A stretch of 35,892 nt of DNA, taken from positions 1 to 35,892 of IMG/VR virus record IMGVR_UViG_3300049926_000027; one strand, 5' to 3'. The translations under genes and the position numbers were made by a program. Below the pieces are notes generated by a model, which made no database searches, had not been told where the DNA came from, and saw only the letters and a program-made list of their open reading frames with translations. Shown here piece after piece: positions 1 to 7,710 of this stretch. This DNA is from a virus (lineage: Duplodnaviria; Caudoviricetes). Within the stretch, counting starts at the first letter, position 1. The number at the start of each line of letters is the position of its first letter.

Positions 1-15
1 ACGCTCTTCCGATTT
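1..15 (+). other. Illumina adapter remnant (artifact)
   Basis: ACGCTCTTCCGATtT matches the adapter 3' end ACGCTCTTCCGATCT at 14/15 positions. Confidence 0.85.
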
Positions 16-741
16 GTGGCTACCGGCGTCTTCGACTACATGGGTACCCCCGGTCCCGCCAGTGAAGATGTCCCAAGCCATGTCGCGGTCGAGCGCCGCA
101 AGGATCAGGAGCGCCCCTAGGTCGGTCGCCCCCGTCAGAGAATGTGGTCGGTCGCCCCGACTGATGTTGCACACGAGATGCGCCGACCACACGTTCTCCA
201 AACCCGGAGCACCGCCCCGAGCCAGCGGCACGATGTGGTCGAGCGATAGTGACTTCGGATGCGGGTGTCGCAGGGACGCGTCAATCGGCAGCCGGCACAG
301 CGCACACCGCCAGTGGAACCGCTCAGCAACCCGAACAGCCTTACGACGACCGCGACCAACGTGGCGGAGCCGACGCTGTTCGATCGCCCGTGGCCTTGTC
401 CGCCTCCGAATACGTCGGCACTCCAGAGAGCAGAGCGATACGCCGCTCCGATGACGATCGGCCGAACACGCCAATCCGCAGACAGCGCATGGACGATGTG
501 ACCGTTCGCGGGGTGTCGGCCGCCTCGCCTCGGCACGAGCAGCCCTCACACTCGGGAGCAACCGGCCGCATTTGTGAGGAAGCCTGACCGCACGTTGCCC
601 ACATTCAGGACAGAGCGCCCAATCGGCGCGAACAACGGCGTCGCGGCAAGCCAGCGAATGGAAGCGAGAGTGCTTGGACTGGCTCGTAAACGCCGTTCCA
701 CAATCGGGTGCCTCGCAGACGTGCTGATAGACCATCTTCAT
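1..741 (-). CDS. HNH endonuclease with N-terminal Cys-rich zinc ribbons (3' partial; absent from ORF track)
   Basis: Manual translation from ATG 741: MKMVYQHVCEAPDCG...ERFHWRCALCRLPIDASLRHPHPKSLSLDHIVPLARGGAPGLENVWSAHLVCNISRG; classic CxxC...DHxxP..GG..N...HxxCN; frame open to the window edge. Confidence 0.88.
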   Translation of the reverse strand, partial: MKMVYQHVCEAPDCGTAFTSQSKHSRFHSLACRDAVVRADWALCPECGQRAVRLPHKCGRLLPSVRAARAEARRPTPRERSHRPCAVCGLACSADRHRSGVSLCSLECRRIRRRTRPRAIEQRRLRHVGRGRRKAVRVAERFHWRCALCRLPIDASLRHPHPKSLSLDHIVPLARGGAPGLENVWSAHLVCNISRGDRPHSLTGATDLGALLILAALDRDMAWDIFTGGTGGTHVVEDAGSHKSEER

Positions 742-745
742 GGCG

Positions 746-1099
746 TCAGACCCCTCGTCTCCCGAGGACTGCGTTCCATGAGCGACACATCACCCGGAGC
801 TGGGAGCGGTCGAGCAGCTTCGTCGGGATGCCCGCTTGTGCGCCATGGTCGACGGTGAGGTCGAACGAGGGGTGAGCGTCGTGCTCCGTCCCATCGCCAG
901 GACACCACGGACCGTGCTCGCGGATCCAGTCTCCGATGATCCGCTTGGACAGCTTCCGCCACGCCGCGTCGTACTGCCGGTTGTGCCAGATCTGCTCCAT
1001 CGCAGCGGCGCAGGCCGAGCAACGCGTGCCCTGTAGCACGATCTCCCCTGTCGGGCAGGGTGAATCGGGGCGCCCGAGACAAGGTCGACCGAGAGGCAT
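746..1099 (-). CDS. HNH protein, HK97 gp74-like terminase-associated nuclease (partly degenerate)
   Basis: N-terminal PC..C...RCxxC, then W-CPG...DLTVDH...LRVMCRSWN (CxxCN changed to CxxWN); position near the genome end. Confidence 0.7.
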   Translation of the reverse strand: MPLGRPCLGRPDSPCPTGEIVLQGTRCSACAAAMEQIWHNRQYDAAWRKLSKRIIGDWIREHGPWCPGDGTEHDAHPSFDLTVDHGAQAGIPTKLLDRSQLRVMCRSWNAVLGRRGV

Positions 1100-1102
1100 C
1101 GG

Positions 1103-1195
1103 TCACTGGATCCAGCCGGTCACGCGGAAGAAGGCCACGAGCTGCGCGCCGGCGCTCGTGTGCCACGTGACCATGAAGCGGACGCCGACGGTCAT
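1103..1195 (-). CDS. 30-aa micro-ORF
   Basis: MTVGVRFMVTWHTSAGAQLVAFFRVTGWIQ; ATGA overlap with upstream gene; fills the gap. Confidence 0.5.
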   Translation of the reverse strand: MTVGVRFMVTWHTSAGAQLVAFFRVTGWIQ

Positions 1196-1398
1196 CGGCA
1201 GCGCCGACAGAGTTGAGGCTGCTCAAGGTCACGGGTGAAGGGCGCGACCTCGGAGACCTCGAGCGGGATCGTGAATGCTCCGAGGCTTCCCGGCTCCATC
1301 CGTCGACCACAGCGCGTGATAGCCGCGTCCGCGATGACGGACTCGACGCGATGCCACTTGCCCTTGCGGCGGACCCAGGAGCCGACAGCGAGCGTCAC
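1192..1398 (-). CDS. small hypothetical protein, possible zinc finger
   Basis: KWH...TRCGR...CRRC; GTGA-coupled. Confidence 0.65.
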   Translation of the reverse strand: MTLAVGSWVRRKGKWHRVESVIADAAITRCGRRMEPGSLGAFTIPLEVSEVAPFTRDLEQPQLCRRCR

Positions 1399-1487
1399 CC
1401 GACGTTGACGTGGATGCCGAGCAAGAAGAGCACTGCGAGGATCACCAGCAGCGCGATCAGGAACCAGAGCCAGTTGGGCGCGTTCAT
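1395..1487 (-). CDS. 30-aa single-TM membrane peptide
   Basis: MNAPNWLWFLIALLVILAVLFLLGIHVNVG; strong SD GGAGGT upstream. Confidence 0.7.
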   Translation of the reverse strand: MNAPNWLWFLIALLVILAVLFLLGIHVNVG

Positions 1488-1515
1488 TGTGAGTTACCTC
1501 CGTCTCGTTGCAGCG

Positions 1516-1629
1516 TCATCGCGGGAACAGCCCGTACGTGTCGTCACGCAGGTCCGGGACGAGCGCCAACAGCACCAGTCCGCAGCCGACGATGCCCATG
1601 ACGCAGCAGTCGATGATGAGGGTGGTCAT
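1516..1629 (-). CDS. 37-aa hydrophobic peptide
   Basis: MTTLIIDCCVMGIVGCGLVLLALVPDLRDDTYGLFPR; start abuts the upstream stop (TGAATG). Confidence 0.5.
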   Translation of the reverse strand: MTTLIIDCCVMGIVGCGLVLLALVPDLRDDTYGLFPR

Positions 1630-1701
1630 TCAGACGAAATCCCCGCAACCGGAGTCGTCGTGGACGTGGCGTCGGCGGAACAGGGCGAGCAGGCGCTTCA
1701 T
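1630..1701 (-). CDS. 23-aa micro-ORF
   Basis: MKRLLALFRRRHVHDDSGCGDFV; ATGA overlap with holin stop. Confidence 0.4.
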   Translation of the reverse strand: MKRLLALFRRRHVHDDSGCGDFV

Positions 1702-1973
1702 GGCGGCGTCAGCGTGACGGTCGGGTTGCCCGTGGCCGCTGCCTGGGTAGCGACCTTCTGCACCGTGGCCGGGGAGTACACGGCGAACCGGGTCACGATG
1801 CCGACGATGATCGGGATAGCCCAGCCACCCTGCGTCGGGTCGAGTGCCTGACCGATGGTCGTGCCGATGTCGGGGCTCAGGACGCCCTTGCCGACCAACG
1901 TCTGGATGACGGCCAGCACGACGGCTGCACCGATACCGACGATGACCGCCGGTTCACGTCCGAAGATACTCAT
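1698..1973 (-). CDS. holin
   Basis: MSIFGREPAV... start typical of actinophage holins; two TM segments; in lysis cassette. Confidence 0.75.
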   Translation of the reverse strand: MSIFGREPAVIVGIGAAVVLAVIQTLVGKGVLSPDIGTTIGQALDPTQGGWAIPIIVGIVTRFAVYSPATVQKVATQAAATGNPTVTLTPP

Positions 1974-2179
1974 GCGTGAACCTCCACAGGGACAGCCTTG
2001 ACAAAGGGCAGGACGGTGTCGCGCAGGAGCTTGCCGCTGAGGAAGTGGGACTCGACGATGAGGGTGTGGTTTCCTTTGCGCGCGACTAGGACCACACGGC
2101 CCGGCTCAAGACTCTCGATGCCATAGCCGAGGTCGTCGGCCGCAGCACCTATCTCAGCGAGCCATTCGCTCTGCGTCAT
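1970..2179 (-). CDS. hypothetical protein
   Basis: 69 aa, SD GGAGG, ATGA-coupled. Confidence 0.7.
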   Translation of the reverse strand: MTQSEWLAEIGAAADDLGYGIESLEPGRVVLVARKGNHTLIVESHFLSGKLLRDTVLPFVKAVPVEVHA

Positions 2180-2397
2180 GCGTCCTCCTCTGTCGGGTCA
2201 GCGACCGACGGGTCTGTGGGCTCCTCTACGGACACAACCGACGGGTCCGTGATTGCGTCATCCGCCGAGCCATCGGCCCAGTCGTCGTCGTTCGGTGGTG
2301 TGACGTGGTCGGGGATGGCGCCTTCGGGGATGGTCGGAACCCCGTCCGGCACGTCTGCGCCGTTCGGTGTCTCGGTGGGCTCGAGGTCGTCAGTCAT
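2176..2397 (-). CDS. highly acidic Asp/Pro-rich small protein
   Basis: 73 aa with no K or R; repeated TDPSV; ATGA-coupled to the peptidase. Confidence 0.65.
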   Translation of the reverse strand: MTDDLEPTETPNGADVPDGVPTIPEGAIPDHVTPPNDDDWADGSADDAITDPSVVSVEEPTDPSVADPTEEDA

Positions 2398-3113
2398 AGC
2401 GGCAAGCTCCTGTACGGCACAGCGGCATACGGCGTGTTGCCGAGGACGGTCGTGTAGGCCAGGTACTCGGCCTTGGCCTGCTTGCCGAGGATCACGTCGT
2501 ATGGCGGCTTCTCGGTCCGACTCGGGCTGTTGTGGTTCGGCTCCTTGCGCCAGACGTGGTAGGCGACCATCTTCCCGGTCCGATCATCGAGGACCTGCCG
2601 GTAGCCGAGCATCAGGACGGCGTGGCGGATGCTTTCCGCGCCGGCGAGCTGGGTCTTACCGCCGTGGATGGCGAACGGTGCCTGTGCCCGGTGGCCCTGG
2701 TAGATGTAGCCCTTCCACTCGGGGGCGGTCCCGTAGCGCATCGCGTACATGACCGGCGCCCGGTTCGCGTAGGGCAGAAGATCCTCGAAGCTGAGGCCGA
2801 ACCGGACCACGTAGGGCAGGTCGGTCACGTCGAAGAAGTGCTGGAGCTCGCGGCTGTTCATGCCTCGCGGCTGGCCCTTGGCGTTGCGGGCGAGGACCGG
2901 CATCCCCGCGAGCGAGTTGATCTCGTTGAGGGTGAGCTTCCGGCCGTTCCAGATGAGATACAGACTCTGGCAGATCGTGTGCGTGCAGGCGGTCGCGCCC
3001 TGCCAAACGTACGAGTCGTTGGCCTGTCCGAACTGCTGCACCTCGGGGTGAGCCAGCATCACGCGGATGGCTTTGGACAGTGGCGCTTTGCGTGCGCCGT
3101 AGTGGGTTCCCAT
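2394..3113 (-). CDS. papain-fold (peptidase C39-like) cysteine peptidase, probable endolysin
   Basis: QQF...ACTHT (Q, C), HAVLMLGY (H), KEPNH (acidic third residue); lies upstream of the holin. Confidence 0.65.
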   Translation of the reverse strand: MGTHYGARKAPLSKAIRVMLAHPEVQQFGQANDSYVWQGATACTHTICQSLYLIWNGRKLTLNEINSLAGMPVLARNAKGQPRGMNSRELQHFFDVTDLPYVVRFGLSFEDLLPYANRAPVMYAMRYGTAPEWKGYIYQGHRAQAPFAIHGGKTQLAGAESIRHAVLMLGYRQVLDDRTGKMVAYHVWRKEPNHNSPSRTEKPPYDVILGKQAKAEYLAYTTVLGNTPYAAVPYRSLPL

Positions 3114-3286
3114 CAGCGTGGCCTCCCCGTCATCTCGTTCCGCACATGGCGGGCCAGCTTCGACAGGTCGTCATACGCGGCCTTGTGACCGACGAACCGC
3201 TCGAAGGCGGCCATGCGTCGCAGTCGTGCCCATGCGGGCAGGTACTGGTCCTTGACGGCCTGGGCCTCGGTCTGCGCGGGGGTCAT
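3113..3286 (-). CDS. hypothetical protein (57 aa)
   Basis: MTPAQTEAQAVKDQYL...; SD GGAGG; ATGA overlap. Confidence 0.6.
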   Translation of the reverse strand: MTPAQTEAQAVKDQYLPAWARLRRMAAFERFVGHKAAYDDLSKLARHVRNEMTGRPR

Positions 3287-3480
3287 GCCGCCCTCCGGCG
3301 TTCGCGGTAATGGCTGTTCCACGGGCCAAGGCTGTTCCACTTCAGGCGCTGCGCGGAGTGCGGGAAGGCCAGCGCCTGCAATCGAGCGCACGGCTCGGAC
3401 GCACAGATGCCGCCCTGTCGGACGTGGCAATGCTCGGGAGCGGCACGGCGCAGGGACTCGATGACGGTATCGGGGGTCAC
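3283..3480 (-). CDS. hypothetical protein (65 aa)
   Basis: GTGA-coupled ORF with three Cys. Confidence 0.55.
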   Translation of the reverse strand: MTPDTVIESLRRAAPEHCHVRQGGICASEPCARLQALAFPHSAQRLKWNSLGPWNSHYRERRRAA

Positions 3481-3788
3481 AGCCGGTCACCGGGGATCGT
3501 GAGCCAGCCGATTACCCGAAACGCACCCACGAGGTTGTCAACGCCGAGCTTGCGGTAGATCGAACCCATGTGGTTCTTCTCGGTCTGCTCGCTGATCCCG
3601 AGCCGCGCAGCGACCTCCTTGGACCCGGTCCCTTCGGCACGCAAACGAAGAAGCTGCCACTCGCGGGCCGAGAGTCGAACCAGCCGCGAAAGGTTCCCGC
3701 TCGCCGCATCGGCGCGAGGTCCGTCCGCTGTTCCATGACGGATCGCGGCGGCGGGGATGACAGTCGCGGCTGGTTGGCTCGTCATCAC
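3477..3788 (-). CDS. stand-alone LuxR/GerE-family HTH regulator
   Basis: LSAREWQLLRLRAEGTGSKEVAARLGISEQTEKNHMGSIYRKLGV is the LuxR C-terminal HTH signature. Confidence 0.9.
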   Translation of the reverse strand: MMTSQPAATVIPAAAIRHGTADGPRADAASGNLSRLVRLSAREWQLLRLRAEGTGSKEVAARLGISEQTEKNHMGSIYRKLGVDNLVGAFRVIGWLTIPGDRL

Positions 3789-3792
3789 GGCG

Positions 3793-4287
3793 TCACTTGA
3801 GCCGATCGAGGATGAGCAGGGCCGACGCCACGATGCCGAACACCAAGCCCGCCGTGGCGATGAGATTCCGGCTGTCCGAAAAGACCGACCGCCGCGCGAC
3901 CTGCTCTGTCCGGGTGTCCTTGATATCGGACGTATTGGAGTCGACCCGCAAGTCGAGCGCGTTCACGATACCGGTCAGCGTCGCGACCTCGCCATGCAGC
4001 TTGGCTTCGAGCGCCCGGTGCTCGGACTGGAACTCGGCCTTCGGGATGAACGTCACCCGCAGGTCCGACAGGGTTGCCCGCCACTCGTTGGCGTCGCGCT
4101 TGTAGTCGCGCAGTGATTCCGCGACCGCTTCGTGGACCGCCCGATGGGCCTCCCAACGTTCTTTCGCCAGCTCGGTGTGATCGTCCAGGCGTTGATGGAC
4201 CGTGGCAAGCCGGTCGTCGAGATTGCCCCGCGTCACTACATCGGACAGGGGCGGATGGTCGGTCGCGCGTCGTGCCTGTCGCGGCAT
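3793..4287 (-). CDS. coiled-coil protein with C-terminal TM helix (lysis-associated)
   Basis: Helical charged body ending in NLIATAGLVFGIVASALLILDRLK. Confidence 0.7.
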   Translation of the reverse strand: MPRQARRATDHPPLSDVVTRGNLDDRLATVHQRLDDHTELAKERWEAHRAVHEAVAESLRDYKRDANEWRATLSDLRVTFIPKAEFQSEHRALEAKLHGEVATLTGIVNALDLRVDSNTSDIKDTRTEQVARRSVFSDSRNLIATAGLVFGIVASALLILDRLK

Positions 4288-4363
4288 TCATGCAGACCTG
4301 CAACGGCACGGCGTCATGGGCGCGTGCTCTGGGTCCGGGGCTGCGGCGGCAGGTGGGGATCGG

Positions 4364-4612
4364 TCACGAGGAAGCCGGACACGACCGCGATGCCTGGGTC
4401 TGGGAGATGAACGGAACGCGCCGTCCAGCGGCTAGGTCTGCCCGACCAGCGGCTACGCCAGCAACGAACTCGGGGTCCGCATCCAGCGTTGCCCAGACCT
4501 TGGCGGCCTCACGCTCGCGAACGCGATCGACTCTGCCCGTGTAACCCCGATCAACGCCGTAGATGTGTTTCCACGGCTTGTTGCCCTTGCGGCGGCCGCG
4601 AGGTTCGCTCAT
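4364..4612 (-). CDS. hypothetical protein, first main gene after attP
   Basis: 82 aa; DPEFVAGVAAGRADLAAGR resembles antitoxin-like C-termini (weak). Confidence 0.55.
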   Translation of the reverse strand: MSEPRGRRKGNKPWKHIYGVDRGYTGRVDRVREREAAKVWATLDADPEFVAGVAAGRADLAAGRRVPFISQTQASRSCPASS

Positions 4613-4671
4613 GGGGTCGGCGTCACGACGGGCATAGACGGACCGGCGGCGCTGGAACGAACCACGACGGA

Positions 4672-4700
4672 ATCGTAGCTGCGAGCGAGCGCCGTAGCAA
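4672..4700 (-). promoter_or_regulatory. sigma70-type promoter for the lysis/late cassette
   Basis: TTGCTA-17 nt-TACGAT; GTG at 4665 lies at the predicted TSS and opens an 18-aa ORF that is ATGA-coupled to the 4612 gene. Confidence 0.65.
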
Positions 4701-4893
4701 CCGTTCTAGCAACTATCTCAACTCACCAAGACTCACGTAGACGACGAGGACTCACGTCAACTCACGCTCAGTAACGGGTCCGTGAGGGGATCGGGTCTGT
4801 CCGCGTGCCGAATCCGGTATGCGGTACCAAGTTGCGAATCTGAGCACGAATCGAACAGAATCGCGGTTCGTAGCAACTATCGTAGCAACTATC
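4693..4893. repeat. attP-like site with integrase arm-type repeats and phased accessory-factor repeats
   Basis: TAGCAAC(TATC) at 4695, 4707, 4871 and 4883 (two pairs flanking a ~150 bp centre); ACTCAC at 4721, 4731, 4750 and 4760; non-coding and downstream of a tyrosine integrase. Confidence 0.7.
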
Positions 4894-4929
4894 CGCCTAG
4901 AGAATGGACCGGACGAAGTTGACAGCTCG

Positions 4930-5382
4930 TCAGTCTCCTGATCCCAGCATCAACGGCGGCATAGCACCCTCTCGGTAGGCCCCAGGCAACTGCGCCTCGG
5001 CCCAAGAACCCATGGTTTTCCCACCCGGCAGGACGAGGTATGCAAGAAGCGCCTCGGACACCGCGTCGGGGCCTTCGTCGGCCGCGAACTCTAGGGTGGC
5101 CTTGAGCCACAGAAGTCGGGCGCGCCATCGACGACGCCACTCCTTTTCGATCCGGTTGGTCCAGTCAACGTTGGTGCGGAACCGGGACCGGAGGTCTTCG
5201 ATAGTCGGACGCAACACCTCGAACCTGTACGGCAGCCCGTGCAACGAGAACTGGATGGCGGCCCGGTCGGGGTCCTCGCCATAGGCAAAGTGCCGAACGC
5301 CATGCTTCGACAGGAGCGTCCGGATCTCGGCCTGAGATTGCTCGACACGCACCGACGTGCCCTCAGCGTATCGCGTGCTCAC
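4930..5382 (-). CDS. conserved phage hypothetical protein
   Basis: GTG start overlapping upstream stop; YAEGTSVRVEQSQAEI...WRARLLWLKA..E pattern recognisable from other phages. Confidence 0.7.
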   Translation of the reverse strand: MSTRYAEGTSVRVEQSQAEIRTLLSKHGVRHFAYGEDPDRAAIQFSLHGLPYRFEVLRPTIEDLRSRFRTNVDWTNRIEKEWRRRWRARLLWLKATLEFAADEGPDAVSEALLAYLVLPGGKTMGSWAEAQLPGAYREGAMPPLMLGSGD

Positions 5383-5825
5383 TAGCCCATCGCCTCCCCA
5401 AGCTTCTCTGCTGCCGATGCCATCGCAGCGATCCGAGTGTCTATCTCCGTTGGTTTGGCCTCCCGCCATACCTTCCGTCGCCTGTGGACGCCCATCACAA
5501 CGGCGGCATCGCGTGCTAGCTCCAGCGACTCCGGCGACTCCGGCAGATAGGCCCAGCCTCCATTGAGCGGGACGTAGACCTGCACCGTTGCTTGGTCAAC
5601 GCTACGAGTCGGTCCCTCGGAGGCGACTTCCCACTCAGACACCGACGCAGCGCCGTCCCAATCAAGGTCGTTGGTCCACGACACGCCCTGTGTGCCGTCC
5701 CCATCCGTGTAGGTGCTGCGAGTCCATTTGCCCTTGGCGGCTGCCATGGCGCGCTTGGGTGCATCAAAGATGCCCGACACTCCCCGATTTTCGTAGACGC
5801 CCGTTTCGAGGACGTACACCTTCAT
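5382..5825 (-). CDS. hypothetical protein
   Basis: MKVYVLETGVYE...; ATGA-coupled to int. Confidence 0.7.
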   Translation of the reverse strand: MKVYVLETGVYENRGVSGIFDAPKRAMAAAKGKWTRSTYTDGDGTQGVSWTNDLDWDGAASVSEWEVASEGPTRSVDQATVQVYVPLNGGWAYLPESPESLELARDAAVVMGVHRRRKVWREAKPTEIDTRIAAMASAAEKLGEAMG

Positions 5826-7021
5826 CCCATGGCCTCATCTAGCCCAGCCGCGGCCTTGTTCATCGCAGCCGGTGTCTTCCCGACATACCTCTGCGTGGTC
5901 GCCAAGTCCTTGTGCCCAACAATCCTTTGGATCGTCAGCAGGTCCACGCCCATGTCCAGGAGCACGGTGATGGTGCTCGCTCGGAGGTCGTGCCAGCGCA
6001 TGTCCGGCAGCCCTGCCCGGTCGAGGGCCACCTTGAACCAGCGGTACAGCGTCTCAAGCGGCACCGAGTTACCGAGCGGGTCGCAGAACACGAAGCCGTT
6101 GGGCGCGTACACCTTGGCGGCTCGTTGCTCGGCGTCACGGATGTTTAGCCTTTCGACTAAGGCTTCCTTAACAAAGCCGGGCAAGGGCACGACGCGCGTC
6201 TCGCCGGTCTTGGTGCCGGTCAGGCGGTACGGCCCTTCCGCATTGTCTCGTAAAGCCGGAGCGATGTACCGCAGGCTCTTGGCGATAGTGACAAAGCCTT
6301 GGTCAATGTCCATGTCCTGCGTCCGCAGCCCCAACGCCTCGCCGCGACGGACGCCGAGGCCCAGCGAGACGACCAGGATCGGGGCGAACCGCTCGCCCTT
6401 GACGACCGCCATGAGCCGCCGCGCCTGCGCTCCGGTCAGGGTCACGGGTTCCCGGCGGGTGGCTTTCGGGTACGGGATGCCCGCTGTGGGGTCGTGCTCG
6501 ATGCGCCGGTCCGCGACGGCTTGGCGCATGGCCGCCCTGAGCAACCGCAAGGCACCGCCACGGGTCGCCGCTGCGCCTTGCCAGCCGAGCATCCCGGAGC
6601 GGACCATCTGGGGCGTCAGGCGGTCCAGGGGCACGTTGCCGAAGGCAGGCTCGATGCGCTCGGTCAGGTGGGAGCGGTAGCGGGGCCACGTTCCGGGGCC
6701 GACCTCGACGGTCTCGAGCCAGGCGCTCACGTAGTCGCCCACGGTCTGGTCGGTCGGCACGAGGCCCCGAGCTCGCTTGGCGACTTCGCGGCGGCGGAGG
6801 TCATCGGCGGCCTGTCTTGACGACGCGGACAACCACGTCTCCCGGCGACGCCCCGACCCGTCGACGTAGGGCACCACCGCTACCCACGGGTTCTCCCGGT
6901 ACCGTCGTTGGCCCGCCAGCCGATGACCCGCGGGGTACACGTCCTTGCGCTGGAACACGGAGCCCTCGCCGTGGCGGTGACGCTTCGGACGGTGCTTGCC
7001 GGTCGGGTTCATCGCGGACAT
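5822..7021 (-). CDS. int: tyrosine integrase
   Basis: Catalytic R (GVRRGEALGL), K (TKTG), HxxR (HDLR), H (GHKD), Y (TQRY); N-terminal arm-binding domain; SD GGAGGG. Confidence 0.95.
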   Translation of the reverse strand: MSAMNPTGKHRPKRHRHGEGSVFQRKDVYPAGHRLAGQRRYRENPWVAVVPYVDGSGRRRETWLSASSRQAADDLRRREVAKRARGLVPTDQTVGDYVSAWLETVEVGPGTWPRYRSHLTERIEPAFGNVPLDRLTPQMVRSGMLGWQGAAATRGGALRLLRAAMRQAVADRRIEHDPTAGIPYPKATRREPVTLTGAQARRLMAVVKGERFAPILVVSLGLGVRRGEALGLRTQDMDIDQGFVTIAKSLRYIAPALRDNAEGPYRLTGTKTGETRVVPLPGFVKEALVERLNIRDAEQRAAKVYAPNGFVFCDPLGNSVPLETLYRWFKVALDRAGLPDMRWHDLRASTITVLLDMGVDLLTIQRIVGHKDLATTQRYVGKTPAAMNKAAAGLDEAMG

Positions 7022-7187
7022 CGTAGCCCTCCATGAGCGCGTAGACCGCTCCAGCGGGGATCCGGATGAGCCGCAGCCCCGTCACCCGCGGCAACCGGCC
7101 ATCGCGCGCCATCGCGGCCACGGTGCTCACCGGGACACGGAGGAGTACGGCGACCTCCTGGCAGGTCAGGACGGAGGGCGAGGTCAT
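6801..7187 (-). CDS. xis: excisionase / HTH_17 DNA-binding protein
   Basis: LTCQEVAVLLRVPVSTVAAMARDGRLP...IRIP; directly upstream of int; the frame runs ~220 nt into int. Confidence 0.8.
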   Translation of the reverse strand: MTSPSVLTCQEVAVLLRVPVSTVAAMARDGRLPRVTGLRLIRIPAGAVYALMEGYDVRDEPDRQAPSEASPPRRGLRVPAQGRVPRGSSAGGPTTVPGEPVGSGGALRRRVGASPGDVVVRVVKTGRR

Positions 7188-7582
7188 CGGGGGACGCCCG
7201 ATGTCGGGGTGAGAGCCCAGTCACGGAAGCCCATCGGATTACGGCGGTTCGCTCCGGGGAACTGCTCATTCGCCTCGGTCTGCCGCTGCACTTGAAAGTC
7301 GATGGGCAGCCCAGTTTCCTTCTGACCCCAGATCGAAATGGCTCGGTTGACGTACCGGACCTTGAGCCGGTCCTTCCACCAGCGGTCGAATACGGCGTCC
7401 GGGAGGATGCAGCGCAGGTCAACGTCCCGGAAGTCAGGCTTGGTCAGGACGGAGCCGACGAGGTACGTGGTGTGGTGGTCGAACACGACATCGACGAGCC
7501 GACACCATTCCTCCAGCCGCTCGAAGTCGGACACGAGTAGGTAGGACGACGATCGCAGCCCAGCCGCCTTCCTCGTCGTCAT
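7184..7582 (-). CDS. minimal nucleotidyltransferase (Pol beta superfamily)
   Basis: YLVGSV...RDVDLR (GS + DxD motif) and third Asp in PIDFQ. Confidence 0.75.
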   Translation of the reverse strand: MTTRKAAGLRSSSYLLVSDFERLEEWCRLVDVVFDHHTTYLVGSVLTKPDFRDVDLRCILPDAVFDRWWKDRLKVRYVNRAISIWGQKETGLPIDFQVQRQTEANEQFPGANRRNPMGFRDWALTPTSGVPR

Positions 7583-7710
7583 CCCCGTCCCGCCTCGAGC
7601 AAGACCCACGCCACGATGGACGCCACCGCCAGGAAGCCGAGACCGAGCAACGCCTTGGTGTACGGGTCGCCCTCGAGGGAGGCCGCCAGCAGGGGAAGGA
7701 GGTACGTCAT
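7579..7710 (-). CDS. small TM protein (43 aa)
   Basis: MTYLLPLLAAS...LLGLGFLAVASIVAWVLL; ATGA-coupled. Confidence 0.6.
   Translation of the reverse strand: MTYLLPLLAASLEGDPYTKALLGLGFLAVASIVAWVLLEAGRG

Noticed and set aside
14-604. ORFs listed in the track at the left end
   Set aside because: All are alternative frames of the real minus-strand HNH gene (741 to <1), which the track missed because it has no stop.
1495-1510. CGAGACG recurring next to several SD sequences (also 17119, 11622, 11732)
   Set aside because: A 7-mer common in GC-rich DNA; no pairing partner found at this site.
4693-4893. Repeats as a CRISPR array or a tRNA
   Set aside because: Repeats are only 6-12 bp with no regular spacers, and no cloverleaf is apparent on either strand; an att site explains them better.
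4919-4950. Plus-strand TTGACA near attP
   Set aside because: No acceptable -10 box at 16-18 nt spacing.
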